64,000 nucleotides of DNA from Candidatus Marinacidobacterales bacterium (GCA_965226495.1 OZ245365.1:3136001-3200000); one strand, 5' to 3'. Counted from the stretch's first letter, positions 30,138-40,046 are shown. Numbers and translations are program-made. Notes: generated from the letters alone by a model not told the origin.

Positions 30138-30166
30138 ATCATATGGACCCGGCGGCGATCTGTCAA
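30138..30166 (-). promoter_or_regulatory. sigma70 promoter of the leuB leader
   Basis: TTGACA-N17-TATGAT on the minus strand. Confidence 0.75.
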
Positions 30167-30413
30167 GCGGGAAGTCTTCATTCGGTGATCTTTCGCGCCG
30201 CTCCTCGTCAGAAAACACCGCCTTGGCTCATGCTCAGGGGTAAGTGATTTCCACAAGCCCTTTAATTACAACACTTGCCGCAGAACCCACGGGTAGATCT
30301 CCACACCGAGACTCCTATGGCGGCCGAGGTCGTGGACACGCTCTGCTCGAAAGTCGAGGATATTCTTCGCGCCCCTCAGCATTCGGATAGAATATGGGCA
30401 ACTGACCACTCCT

Positions 30414-32312
30414 ATGGCCTCTATCGAAGAGCTCGAACAAGAGTTAGCCGCACTCCCCGAGGACGAGTCGTCTGTCGAGGAGCGTATCGATCTGCTCAAC
30501 CGACTGGGGTGGGAGATCGGGTATCAAAACGTGGACCGAGCGGCCAAACTGACGGCGGAAGCCAAGACTCTGGCAACCGAGCGCTCCTATCAGAAGGGCA
30601 TCGCCTTCAGCCGGTTGAACGAGGCCTTCGGAGATTACTACTACGCGAAACACCAAAGGTCGCTCGTTGTTGCTCGCGAGGCTCTCGATTTGTTCCGCGA
30701 GATCGGCGAGCGCCACGGGGAGGCCGACTCTCTCTTTGGGCTTGGCATGATTCACTGGGCCTTGGGCGACTACGAAAAGGCGCTCCAACACATGCACGAC
30801 GGCCTGGCCATACTCCGCGAGGTCGAAAACCCGAGGCGCGAGGCGTGGATGGTCACGTCGATCGGTGGCGTCTACGAAAATCTGGGCGACCTCGACCAGG
30901 CGCTCGAGTTTCACAACCGAAGCCTCGAGCTCTTCCGTTCCGTCGGAGATCGAAACGGTGAAGGACGGTCCCTGACCGGTATCGGTACGGTCTACCAACG
31001 ACAGAACAAATACACGCGCGCCCTCGAGTACCATAGTAAGGCGCTCGAGCTTTTCAATGAAGTCGACAACAAGATGGGTATCTCGCGCGCTTTGAACGAT
31101 ATCGGTACCCTCCATCAAGCGCAGAACAGACTCGACCAAGCTCTTCAATTCCACACCGAAGCGCTCGAGATCCGGCAACAGCTCGGCACGAAGCACGCCG
31201 AGACAACGAGCCTCCTCAACCTAGGAAGGCTCTACAACCAAAAGAAAGAGCCTGAGACGGCACTTGGGTTCCTGGACCAAGCCCTGGCGTTCTCGACTGA
31301 GCTTGGTGCCAAACCAAAGATGTACCAGACTCACGAAGCGCTCTCCGAAACCCATGCCGCGCTGGGCGACTATGCCATAGCGCTCGAGCATGAACGCGCC
31401 TTCCACCGCATCAGGGAGGCCATCTTCAGCGACGAGTCCACCACCCGATTGAAGAATCTCCAAGTTAGCTTCGAGGTCGAAAAATCAGAAAAGGAAGCGG
31501 AGATCCACAGGCTACGGAACATAGAGCTCGCCGATGCGCTTCAAAGGCTAAAGGAAGCCCAGGCGCAGCTCATCCAGTCAGAGAAGATGGCGGCGGTGGG
31601 GCAACTGGTTGCCGGAGTCGCCCACGAGGTGAACACGCCGATCGGCGCCATCCAGAGCAATACCAACGTCTCACAGCGCGCCGTCGAAAAGATCGCGCGC
31701 GCTCTCGAATCGAGTAATTCGATCGACGAGCTCAAAGGCAATCGAGACCTTCAGCGAACGCTAGACACACTGAAGGCGAACAACGAAACCACCGAGACGG
31801 CGGGACGAAGAATCTCCGAACTCGTGAACCGTCTGAAAAACTTCGCCCGATTGGACGAAGCGGAGTTCAAGCTAGTCGACGTCCATGAGGGCTTGGAAAG
31901 TACTCTTAGTCTCATAATGCCCCAGCTGAAGGGCCGCATCCGGGTCGTAAAAGAGTTCGGGGTGCTACCGAAGATCGAATGCTACCCCAACGAACTGAAC
32001 CAGGTCTTCATGACCTTGCTCCTCAATGCTTCGGAGGCGATCGAAGGCGAGGGAACGATCACCGTCGAGACTTCGACCCATAACGGGGAGGTTTCAGTGA
32101 CGACTGCGGACACCGGCAAAGGCATACCACCTAGTGAGCTCGAGAAAATCTTCGACATAGGAATCAGTCAAAAGGGCCCACAGTTGCGGATGCATGCCGG
32201 CCTCGCCAACAGCTATGCGATCGTGCGACGACACCACGGGGACATCAAAGTGGAGAGCGAGCTCGGCAAAGGGACCACCTTCCGAATCCGCCTACCCCTA
32301 AGACAAGCCTGA
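30414..32312 (+). CDS. Cytoplasmic TPR-containing sensor histidine kinase
   Basis: About 8 TPR-like repeats; SEKMAAVGQLVAGVAHEVNTP (H-box); ELNQVF..LLLNA; DTGKGI; GKGTTF. Confidence 0.9.
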   Translation: MASIEELEQELAALPEDESSVEERIDLLNRLGWEIGYQNVDRAAKLTAEAKTLATERSYQKGIAFSRLNEAFGDYYYAKHQRSLVVAREALDLFREIGERHGEADSLFGLGMIHWALGDYEKALQHMHDGLAILREVENPRREAWMVTSIGGVYENLGDLDQALEFHNRSLELFRSVGDRNGEGRSLTGIGTVYQRQNKYTRALEYHSKALELFNEVDNKMGISRALNDIGTLHQAQNRLDQALQFHTEALEIRQQLGTKHAETTSLLNLGRLYNQKKEPETALGFLDQALAFSTELGAKPKMYQTHEALSETHAALGDYAIALEHERAFHRIREAIFSDESTTRLKNLQVSFEVEKSEKEAEIHRLRNIELADALQRLKEAQAQLIQSEKMAAVGQLVAGVAHEVNTPIGAIQSNTNVSQRAVEKIARALESSNSIDELKGNRDLQRTLDTLKANNETTETAGRRISELVNRLKNFARLDEAEFKLVDVHEGLESTLSLIMPQLKGRIRVVKEFGVLPKIECYPNELNQVFMTLLLNASEAIEGEGTITVETSTHNGEVSVTTADTGKGIPPSELEKIFDIGISQKGPQLRMHAGLANSYAIVRRHHGDIKVESELGKGTTFRIRLPLRQA

Positions 32313-32360
32313 ACAACGAATTTCGCGTGGTCGTCGTGGTTGTCGTCTTTGTCGTCTTTG

Positions 32361-33191
32361 TCAGGCCGCCCGGCTCTCCAGATGGCTCAAAATGGTCGCG
32401 GCAGCTTGGTCCGCTTCGCCACGAGACCCCTTCAGCACCGGTACCGAGTCGATGGCACGCTTCAAAGTGGACAGTGCAAACTCAGGCCGGAAACGCGCAA
32501 CGATCGTGTTGGCCAGAAGTGCCAGCATGGCCTGTGCAGGTGAGAGCATTCTCGGACGCCAGCCAAAACGCTCCTTGTATTCACACACCACCACCAAGCC
32601 AATCGGGAGAGGCCGCGTGCCAACGGTTCCGCCGATATCCTCGACCTGGACTTTTCTCGCCTCACCACCGCCCTCTCTGAGGGAAAGCGCTCTGGCGTAT
32701 GGATGGGCGCGTCCTTTCGCGTCGAGAACTGCAAATTCATCGGAATAGTAAGTGGCACCGGCTCGAACGAGCGCCTCCACGAGGGTGCTCTTCCCACTGA
32801 AAGAGCGTCCGGGAACAAGGATGGCGCGGTTTCGCCAGCCGACGACCCCCGCGTGAACGAACAACCGGTTCTTAGCATTTAGCGCAACAGTGAACTGAAG
32901 ATCCGATTCGAGTGCCTGCATCACCTGCTCCAGGTTTAGACTGCGCGCCACTCGTCTGCTGTCGGAGTACAACAGGTGGTACCGGCGAATTCGCGAGCCA
33001 CCCTTCGTTCCGCCGATGCGAAGCGAGTACAGGTAGTCGACCAACGGCGATGTCGCCGGCTTCCAACCCGGCGGCAGAGCCGCGGCGAGCCGCTCTGGAG
33101 TTTCCTTTTCGCTCACGCGAATGCCGAAGCGAACACCGTACGCTCGAAAGGCCGTGCCTCCCGCCCACCCGAAGCGGTCGAGCTTCTGCAG
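32361..33191 (-). CDS. HprK-related P-loop kinase (start uncertain: CTG 33191 or GTG 33116)
   Basis: FVHAGVV, PGRSFSGKSTLV, YYSDEFA motifs; the frame is open upstream of 33116 to CTG 33191 (LQKLDRFGWAGG...). Confidence 0.8.
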   Translation of the reverse strand: MQKLDRFGWAGGTAFRAYGVRFGIRVSEKETPERLAAALPPGWKPATSPLVDYLYSLRIGGTKGGSRIRRYHLLYSDSRRVARSLNLEQVMQALESDLQFTVALNAKNRLFVHAGVVGWRNRAILVPGRSFSGKSTLVEALVRAGATYYSDEFAVLDAKGRAHPYARALSLREGGGEARKVQVEDIGGTVGTRPLPIGLVVVCEYKERFGWRPRMLSPAQAMLALLANTIVARFRPEFALSTLKRAIDSVPVLKGSRGEADQAAATILSHLESRAA

Positions 33192-33507
33192 TCAAGTAGA
33201 CGGTCGTTTGAGTCTGGGCAAGAAAGAAGCTAGCACCAGTCGTCTCCTCTCAACGGTTCATCTCGTCGTCACTTGGTTGTGAGAGATGTGCGCAAGCAAG
33301 ATCTGGCCACATTTGGAAGGCCAGGACTTTAGCTTTCCGAAACGTTGATTGAACAGTTGTATCTGACAGTATTTCAGTAGGTTAACAAAGCGACTCCGCG
33401 ATGGCAACCGCGGCGTAGGCTTAAACGAGGAGAAACCAGAGCAAGGCGACGTCTAGTAAGCGAAGGCGGGCGGGTGAGCTATTTGAAGATGGCTTCCCTC
33501 CATTACT

Positions 33508-33543
33508 CCCTCTCCCTCAGGGAGAGGGCCGGGGTGAGGGTGG
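33508..33543. repeat. REP-like palindrome
   Basis: CCCTCTCCC-TCA-GGGAGAGGG-CCGGGGTGAGGGTGG; identical copies at 57.8-57.9 kb. Confidence 0.8.
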
Positions 33544-33593
33544 TCGTAGATAGCGGCGATGAAGTCCAGTATCGATTTCATTGTTACTGTCCA

Positions 33594-33716
33594 CTAGTCC
33601 GTCACGAGCCCATCGATCCGTAGTCCAACACGCATGAGCAAGTCGACGTCCTGGGTATCCCAGGCGCGCGTCTCACGGTTGACGATTTCTTCAATCTCGC
33701 CCCTAACGCTCTCCAT
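33594..33716 (-). pseudogene. 5' fragment of a SnoaL/NTF2-like gene
   Basis: MESVRGEIEEIVNRETRAWDTQDVDLL resembles an NTF2-like N-terminal helix; stops after 40 aa. Confidence 0.45.
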
Positions 33717-33719
33717 GCG

Positions 33720-35633
33720 CTATTCCTTCAGTTTCTCTTCGAGGAGCTCGCCGGCGATATCCATAAAGTCACGCTCGGTGACGATTCCAACCAGTCGCCC
33801 ATCCTTCACTACCGGTAGGCAGCCGACCCGTCGACTGCGCATGAGCTCGAGCGCCTCTAGACTCGACGTTTCCGGAGAGACAGTAAAGGGGTCTTTTTTC
33901 ATAATGTCCCCCACCGGGACGGGCTGCCCGTCGGTCTCGACGCGCCCTTGCGCCAATAGATGGATGAGCGAACGATAGGAGATCAGCCCCACCAACCGAC
34001 TGTCATGGTCCTCCACCGGTACGTGGCGTATTCTTTCCCAGTCCATCAAGCTGGCTACCAGATCGATGGGCTCGTCCTCGTGAACCGTAAAGAGGTCGGT
34101 GGTCATGAACTGCTCGACCTTCACGTAGTGCTGCTTCCAACCACCCGCCTCTTCGAGCTTTGCCAATTCCCACGTCGCGATCGGTTTCCCCTCTTTCTGA
34201 CGATTGATGGTTGCCGCGGTCAAAGCACTCAGCCTCTCTCCAGATGTACCGTGATCCTTCATTCCGGCGAGCGAGGTCAGAATCCACTGTGAGCCCGTCA
34301 TCTTGGACTCGACTCTCTCCTCGATCACGCCGAGGTATCGTTCGATGTCGGCAGCGACGATATTCCGCCGAGCGAGGCCCTTCCGCGCCAAGGGCAGCAA
34401 GCTCTCCAGAATAAGCTCGCCCGCCGGACAGTTCTTTCCCTCCAACCAAGTAAACTCGGCCTTCAGCCCCTGCCGACTGGCGGCCATGAAGTTCGCGGCC
34501 GCGTCCTCAAACTCCATGACTTGCGTGATGTCCTCGTACTCTTGAGAGAGCCCGCTGATCAGCCCGAACCAAAACGCGGCGTTGGCGATTTCGTCGAGCG
34601 GCGTCGGTCCCGAAGGCAAGACGCGGTTCTCGATTCGGAGGTGCGGCTTGCCGTCCGTTATCCCGTAACAGGCGCGGTTCCATCGATAGACCGTTCCATT
34701 GTGCAGACGAAGCGCCTTGAGATCGGGAGCCTCACCCTTTTTGAGCTTGGCGAAGGGATCTTCGTCCAACTCCGCTCCCAGAACGATCTTGAACCTAGCG
34801 ATGTCTTCCTTGAAAAGCTCAGCGGCGGAGCTCTTGACCCAGCTCCGGCCGAAGCTGACACGAGGGCTGCGGTCGCGCAGGTGGTGGCTGGAGCTTCGCG
34901 TATCTACAGCCTGCTGAAAAAGTGCGATCCTCGTCTCACTCCAAAGACGTCGGCCGAAGAGCAACGGTGAGTTAGTAGCCGCCGCAATGACCGGAGCAGT
35001 GACCGTCTGCGCGACGTTGTACAAATTCGCGAACTCATCCGCGGCCACTTGAAAGTGAACCTGGAAGCTCGTGTTGCAAGCCTCGAGCATCACGGAATCG
35101 TGCTTGATCAGAACCTCATCGACTCCTTTGATGCGGAACTCGTAGGCCCCGCCTCGTAGTCGACTGAGGGCCCGATTCAACGCGAAATAGCGCGGGATCG
35201 GCGTCATGTTGTCGAGCCCCAAATCCGATTTACGGAGAGTCGGGAGAATGCCAGTCAACACGATTTCCCCGCCGCAGCGTTGGGCCGCCTCCCTGGCCTT
35301 GGTCAGCATCTCGTTGAGCTGCGATTCGAGGCGGGAGAGACAATCACCGCCGAAAGCCAGCGGATCGAGATTCACCTCGAGATTGAACTTGCCAAGCTCC
35401 GTCGTGAAATGGGGATCGTCGATCTCTTCGAGTACTTCGAGCGCCAAACCGGCCGGACGCCAGCCGTCGTCGACCAAGAAAAACTCCTGCTCGGCTCCGA
35501 TGCGCCGCACGTCCGACTCGATCATGCCCTCATCGAGCATGGTCTCGAACGCCCGTAGGTCATTCAGCAGGCTCTTCATGAAGAGCCGTAGCTGTTCACC
35601 GGAGATGTCGGGCTGAACTTGCTGCTCACCCAT
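33720..35633 (-). CDS. Glutamate-cysteine ligase (GCS2)-like domain fused to a C-terminal CBS pair
   Basis: IGAEQE, TTELGKFNLE, EACNTSFQVH, HNGTVYRWNR, HLRIENRVLPSGP; two CBS motifs. Confidence 0.88.
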   Translation of the reverse strand: MGEQQVQPDISGEQLRLFMKSLLNDLRAFETMLDEGMIESDVRRIGAEQEFFLVDDGWRPAGLALEVLEEIDDPHFTTELGKFNLEVNLDPLAFGGDCLSRLESQLNEMLTKAREAAQRCGGEIVLTGILPTLRKSDLGLDNMTPIPRYFALNRALSRLRGGAYEFRIKGVDEVLIKHDSVMLEACNTSFQVHFQVAADEFANLYNVAQTVTAPVIAAATNSPLLFGRRLWSETRIALFQQAVDTRSSSHHLRDRSPRVSFGRSWVKSSAAELFKEDIARFKIVLGAELDEDPFAKLKKGEAPDLKALRLHNGTVYRWNRACYGITDGKPHLRIENRVLPSGPTPLDEIANAAFWFGLISGLSQEYEDITQVMEFEDAAANFMAASRQGLKAEFTWLEGKNCPAGELILESLLPLARKGLARRNIVAADIERYLGVIEERVESKMTGSQWILTSLAGMKDHGTSGERLSALTAATINRQKEGKPIATWELAKLEEAGGWKQHYVKVEQFMTTDLFTVHEDEPIDLVASLMDWERIRHVPVEDHDSRLVGLISYRSLIHLLAQGRVETDGQPVPVGDIMKKDPFTVSPETSSLEALELMRSRRVGCLPVVKDGRLVGIVTERDFMDIAGELLEEKLKE

Positions 35634-35697
35634 GGCATCGTCCCCCTCGGTCACGATTCTATGGGTACTGAGGGATCGGAATCAAAGGGACACGGGG

Positions 35698-36090
35698 CTA
35701 CTGAGCCTTACGAACCGCCGCCGCAAGCGGCAAACGAAGCGTCGCAACACAACCGGGTTCCGATCTTCGGTTCTCGAGGGTGAGATTGCCGCCATGTGCT
35801 TCCGCGATCTGACGGCTGAGCACGAGTCCAATGCCCGAACCCTCCGCCTTGGTGGTAAAGAAGGGCACGAAAAGATTCGACGTGTTGGAGAGACCGGGGC
35901 CGTCGTCTTCCACCCAGACCTCGAGCCTTTCTCCCTCTGTCGTCCAGCCCACTCGCACCCCGCCATTGGTTTCTTGGGACGCGTCAACGGCGTTGTGTAT
36001 CAAGTTGATGAGAAGCTGTTCGAGCTGTGAGGCGTCGGCTTGGATCACGAGATCCGGGCCCGAAGACACTTTCACCGGGAGACGGGTCTC
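35698..36090 (-). pseudogene. 3' fragment (HATPase_c) of a disrupted sensor histidine kinase
   Basis: ETRLPVKV...QLEQLLINLIHNA, EDDGPG, LFVPFFTTK, GSGIGL; joined directly to a transposase fragment at ~36090. Confidence 0.85.
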
Positions 36091-36782
36091 TTGCCGTGCC
36101 GGCCGGCGTAGCGCGCCGATTGCCCGCACGCGCAAGGCAACGTCGGGCCGGCATGGTCCGACGTATCGGCGTTCAGTCGTTGTTCCACGGCGCGGGCCGC
36201 CACGCGCATCGCCATGCGACGCACGGCCGTTTCCATGGCCTCGAAATCCCACTCGTCGACGACGCCCGTGCCTAAGAACGCTTCGATCTCGGTGACGATC
36301 TCGGCTTCGAACGCTGTTTTGAAGCCCCCTTTTTGACCGCCTCGTGCGAGGCGGCCTCGGAAGCTCCCAACTGGGTGTCGCCCCACTGCTCGCAGGCCTG
36401 CCAGTATCTTTCCACCAGCTTACGAAACTCCTGGCCTGCTTCGACCTGCTGGCGGGCTAAAGCGGCCTGCTCCGCGCTCAGATACCGGGACCGCGTCTTT
36501 CCTCCTTCGGCCCGCGTGAGGCTGTAGTACGGGCCGTGTCGCGCTTGCCGGTCGTGCTGGCAGCGACACTCCTTGTGACCACACTTCATAAACCGCTCCG
36601 ACACCGAGCCGCGGCGCATCGGACTCGGCTCAGCCAGTTCTTTAGCGAGCTTACGAACAACTGCAGGGACTCGTTCACGGGGCATTCCCACCTCCTACGA
36701 CTATTATAGCCGTAGGAGAGAAGTTCGCAAAACTACTCCACTCCGCGCAATCCGAGCTTCAGCACACTGGTGACGTGCGCCC
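36091..36782 (-). mobile_element. Truncated ISKra4-like element (accessory ORF 36272..36691 plus transposase N-terminus)
   Basis: MRRGSVSERFMKCG..C.C....HGPY accessory ORF; DFEAMETAVRR...LPCACGQSARYAGR; putative end GGGCGCACGTCA at 36782. Confidence 0.7.
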
Positions 36783-36877
36783 AGGGACAGGCTCCAATTT
36801 GACATGAGCGTTCAATCCCAACTAGATTCTTCACCCTGATTGTAGGCAGCTCACTGTGACAGCAGAGGAGGGAATCG

Positions 36878-37387
36878 ATGGCGAGCTTCACGGATCGGAT
36901 GCTCGGCGCTGCAAAGCTGGACGTTGACACCTACGAGGAAGTGGAACACGACCAGGCGGCTACGGGGCAGGCCATGGGGGTGGTCATCATCTCCAGTCTT
37001 GCAGCGGGAATCGGCTCGGTCGGGGGCGGTGCGTCTGGGCTGATTGCAGGGACGATCGGCGCACTAGTGGGCTGGTTCATCTGGGCGGCGCTGACTTTCT
37101 TAATCGGCACGAAGATCCTGCCGGAACCGCAAACCAAGGCAGATCTGGGCGAGCTGCTTCGGACCATTGGCTTTTCGGCGTCTCCGGGCGTCCTCCGGAT
37201 ATTCGGGATGATTCCCTTGCTGGGCGGTCTGATCGCGCTCGCGGCGAGCGTCTGGATGCTGGTCGCCATGATCGTCGCGGTCCGACAGGCGCTGGACTAC
37301 ACCAGCACCGGGCGGGCCGTGGGCGTCTGTGTCATGGGTTGGGTAGTGCAAGTCGCTATTTTTTTCACTTTGCGCCTGTTTGTATGA
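36878..37387 (+). CDS. YIP1-family membrane protein
   Basis: YEEVEHD..ATGQA, ELLRTIGF, VAVRQALDY motifs; SD GAGGAG. Confidence 0.8.
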   Translation: MASFTDRMLGAAKLDVDTYEEVEHDQAATGQAMGVVIISSLAAGIGSVGGGASGLIAGTIGALVGWFIWAALTFLIGTKILPEPQTKADLGELLRTIGFSASPGVLRIFGMIPLLGGLIALAASVWMLVAMIVAVRQALDYTSTGRAVGVCVMGWVVQVAIFFTLRLFV

Positions 37388-37609
37388 GCCGCCACCGGCG
37401 CGCTACTCGCCGTCGTGGAACTACAAGACGCCCTGCCCTTGCCCATGTTGTCAGCGCAATAGCACACTCATCGCTACAGAGCAAGAAGACCATGTCATGA
37501 GCTTTCTCTTTGGCCTCCAAGCCCTCCAGAGTGACGAAACCCGTAACTGCCCTGTCTGCTTTTACGAAGCGGAAATCGACAGCCTTTCCTCAACCGCGCT
37601 CGGTGGCCG

Positions 37610-37825
37610 ACGTTCGCACGGTTGGACTTCCGGTTCACCCATCGCACCGGAGGCGGTGAAGGGAGATGGCTCTGGTACATGGAACTCTTGAATGTCCTGA
37701 ACCGCGACAACACGCTGGTGGTCAACCCCACCATTATTTTTCGCGGCGGCCGGCCCATCATTCAGGAAGAGCAAGTCTCCTCTCTCCCGCTGACCACCAA
37801 TTTCGGGGTACGATTCCGGTTCTAG
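37610..37825 (+). pseudogene. C-terminal remnant of a TonB-dependent receptor
   Basis: RLDFRFT...YMELLNVLNRDN...LPLTTNFGVRFRF (barrel end with terminal Phe); no N-terminal part present. Confidence 0.65.
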
Positions 37826-37853
37826 ACTCTTCACAACCACTCCGCCAAGCGTA

Positions 37854-38477
37854 TTGAAAGTGCTACCACTCTTGATCGTCGGGCTCACCCTGATGGCTGC
37901 GGCGCAATTCCAACCGCTCGAGAGCGACGGTCCAATTCCATATTTCATTGCGGAGCCTGGTGCCGTTGGCGGGTTCGAGTCGGGGGATAAGACGCTCGCC
38001 GAGTGGGCTCTCAAGGCATGGGAGCGCGCTGCCGAAAGCTCTCTTCGCCTTCGACCTGCCGCCGAGGATAGAGCTCTTCTTGTGGTGCACTGGGTCCCCG
38101 CCACCGGCGGTCTTTACGGAGAAGCGATGCCCTTTACCAAAGACGGACGGAGTGGCGCGACCATCTTCGTCCGGCCGGTAACCTTGGGACTCGGAGAGCA
38201 GTTGTCCCGTCTAGCCAAGAAGGATCGTTTGCTCCGAGACACGATCTTGTACTTGACGTGCCTTCACGAGCTCGGGCACGGCCTCGGGTTGAAGCACACC
38301 GATCAGTACGATGACATCATGTATTTCTTCGGTCATGGCGGCGACATACCAAACTATTTCATGCGCTACCGGAAAAAGCTCGAGACCCGAGACGATATAC
38401 GCCGACATTCCGGGCTGTCGGGTGCCGACGTGAAGAGGTTGCAACAACTGTATGCGGATCGAGGATTGAGTAGATGA
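37854..38477 (+). CDS. Secreted matrixin-like zinc metalloprotease
   Basis: Signal peptide; HELGHGLGLKH and DIMY Met-turn. Confidence 0.85.
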   Translation: MKVLPLLIVGLTLMAAAQFQPLESDGPIPYFIAEPGAVGGFESGDKTLAEWALKAWERAAESSLRLRPAAEDRALLVVHWVPATGGLYGEAMPFTKDGRSGATIFVRPVTLGLGEQLSRLAKKDRLLRDTILYLTCLHELGHGLGLKHTDQYDDIMYFFGHGGDIPNYFMRYRKKLETRDDIRRHSGLSGADVKRLQQLYADRGLSR

Positions 38478-38671
38478 CCAACCACAAGTTCGGAGCCTGC
38501 GTTTTCGACGCCTACGGCACGGTATTCGACGCCCACTCCGCCGTCGGCCGACTGAAGAAATCAGTCGGCGAGCGGGCGGGAGAGCTCTCGCAGGTCTGGC
38601 GTACCGAGAATTCTGTGAGGCGGCGAGCCGCTCGGCCGAGTCGCCCCCTCTCCTTGAATTCGACCCACTGA
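38474..38671 (+). pseudogene. Truncated haloacid dehalogenase (type II)
   Basis: VFDAYGTVFD and LSQVWR, then similarity is lost; only 65 aa. Confidence 0.7.
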
Positions 38672-38708
38672 CCCGCTAGCCTTCCGGGGGATTGTAAATA
38701 CTGGTTCT

Positions 38709-39350
38709 ATGAACCGTAAGCTTGCCTGGCTATCCGGCTATGCCATCGCCATGGCGGCGCTCGAAGCGATCGTCGTCGTCTACCTGCGCACGCTCTACTA
38801 CCCCGAGGACGTTCGACTCATCTTTCCGTTGAAATTCATGGCGGAGCTCGACTTTGTCCTCGAGCTGGGAAGAGAGGCTGCGGCGGTAGCTATGATTCTG
38901 GCCGTCGCCGCCCTCTCCGAATGGGAGAGGCGTGGGCGGGTCTTCGCGGCTTTCGTCTACGTTTTCGGCGTGTGGGACGTGTTTTACTACGTCTGGTTGA
39001 AAGTGATGATTGGGTGGCCGATGAGCTGGCTCGAGTGGGACGTATTGTTTCTGATGCCATGGATCTGGCTAGGGCCTTGGATTTGCCCGGTGATGATCGC
39101 GCTTCTCTTCATCGTTTGGGGCTCGCGGACGCTCAGGTTCAGCGGCTCCGGCAGCTTCTCGAAGATAGCGTTGGTCCTCTTCGTCGGAGGCTCGATCCTG
39201 TGCATCGTCACTTTTTTGCAGCCCGCGATTCCGATACTGGTGACGGAGGGTGTGGAGGGCATACAAGACTTTGTGCCGACAACCTTCTGGTGGTGGCTCT
39301 TCCTTCCTGGCTACGGGCTCATGATGGCGGGAATGGCGCGAGCTCGATGA
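38709..39350 (+). CDS. Hypothetical multi-pass membrane protein
   Basis: AMAALEAIVVVYLR, GVWDVFYYVWL, WDVLFL.P; about 6 TM segments. Confidence 0.75.
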   Translation: MNRKLAWLSGYAIAMAALEAIVVVYLRTLYYPEDVRLIFPLKFMAELDFVLELGREAAAVAMILAVAALSEWERRGRVFAAFVYVFGVWDVFYYVWLKVMIGWPMSWLEWDVLFLMPWIWLGPWICPVMIALLFIVWGSRTLRFSGSGSFSKIALVLFVGGSILCIVTFLQPAIPILVTEGVEGIQDFVPTTFWWWLFLPGYGLMMAGMARAR

Positions 39351-39550
39351 ACGGCGATCGCTTTTCATTGCTTCGCTGTCGTCGCGCCGCGCGCGTCGAC
39401 CCCTGAAGCGCTTCATTCGGGCTCGTCTGCTCCACAGCATCGCCGCACTCACGGCTATTTCAGCTTCTTCAGCACGTCTTTGATCTCACTAAGCTCGTCG
39501 ACCTTGACGAACCACCTCCCAGCCGTATAGAAGCGTACCGGGGGTGATGC

Positions 39551-40045
39551 GTGAAGAAATGGCTCGTGCGTCTTGGCGGGATCCTGATGGTGGCGGTGCT
39601 GATCGCCGCCGGCTACGTCCTTGGTTACGACCGTGGCGCTCGTACCCGAACGACAGCGGAGCAGCAAGCGCTCGAGCATGAGTTCGAGCGCTCGATGACG
39701 GGCGTGATCCTTGAAGGCTCCTTCACTGTCGATGGTCGAGAGGATAGCGAGCTCACCGTGGAGCGTTACACCGTGGAGCGAGTCGAGCGGATGGCTGGCG
39801 ACATCTGGGTGTTTCATGCGCGCATCCAGTACGGTGAGCGTGACGTGACACTCCCCGTCCCGGTGCGCATCCGGTGGGCCGGTGACACGCCGGTGATCAC
39901 ACTCACGGACGCGAACATCCCGGGCCTCGGGACGTTCTCCGCACGCGTGCTCTTCTACAGGGACCACTACGCGGGTATGTGGAGCAACCCGCGCGTGGGC
40001 GGCCACCAGTTCGGCATCGTCGTGCGCGAACCCGCCAGAGAATAG
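39551..40045 (+). CDS. Hypothetical protein with N-terminal membrane anchor
   Basis: 164-aa ORF with WAGDTPVITL and YAGMW motifs; stop abuts the IS91-like end. Confidence 0.7.
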   Translation: MKKWLVRLGGILMVAVLIAAGYVLGYDRGARTRTTAEQQALEHEFERSMTGVILEGSFTVDGREDSELTVERYTVERVERMAGDIWVFHARIQYGERDVTLPVPVRIRWAGDTPVITLTDANIPGLGTFSARVLFYRDHYAGMWSNPRVGGHQFGIVVREPARE

Positions 40046-40046
40046 G

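Noticed and set aside
32327-32362. GTCGTC/TTTGTC short tandem repeats
   Set aside because: A low-complexity tract between convergent genes with no supportable function.
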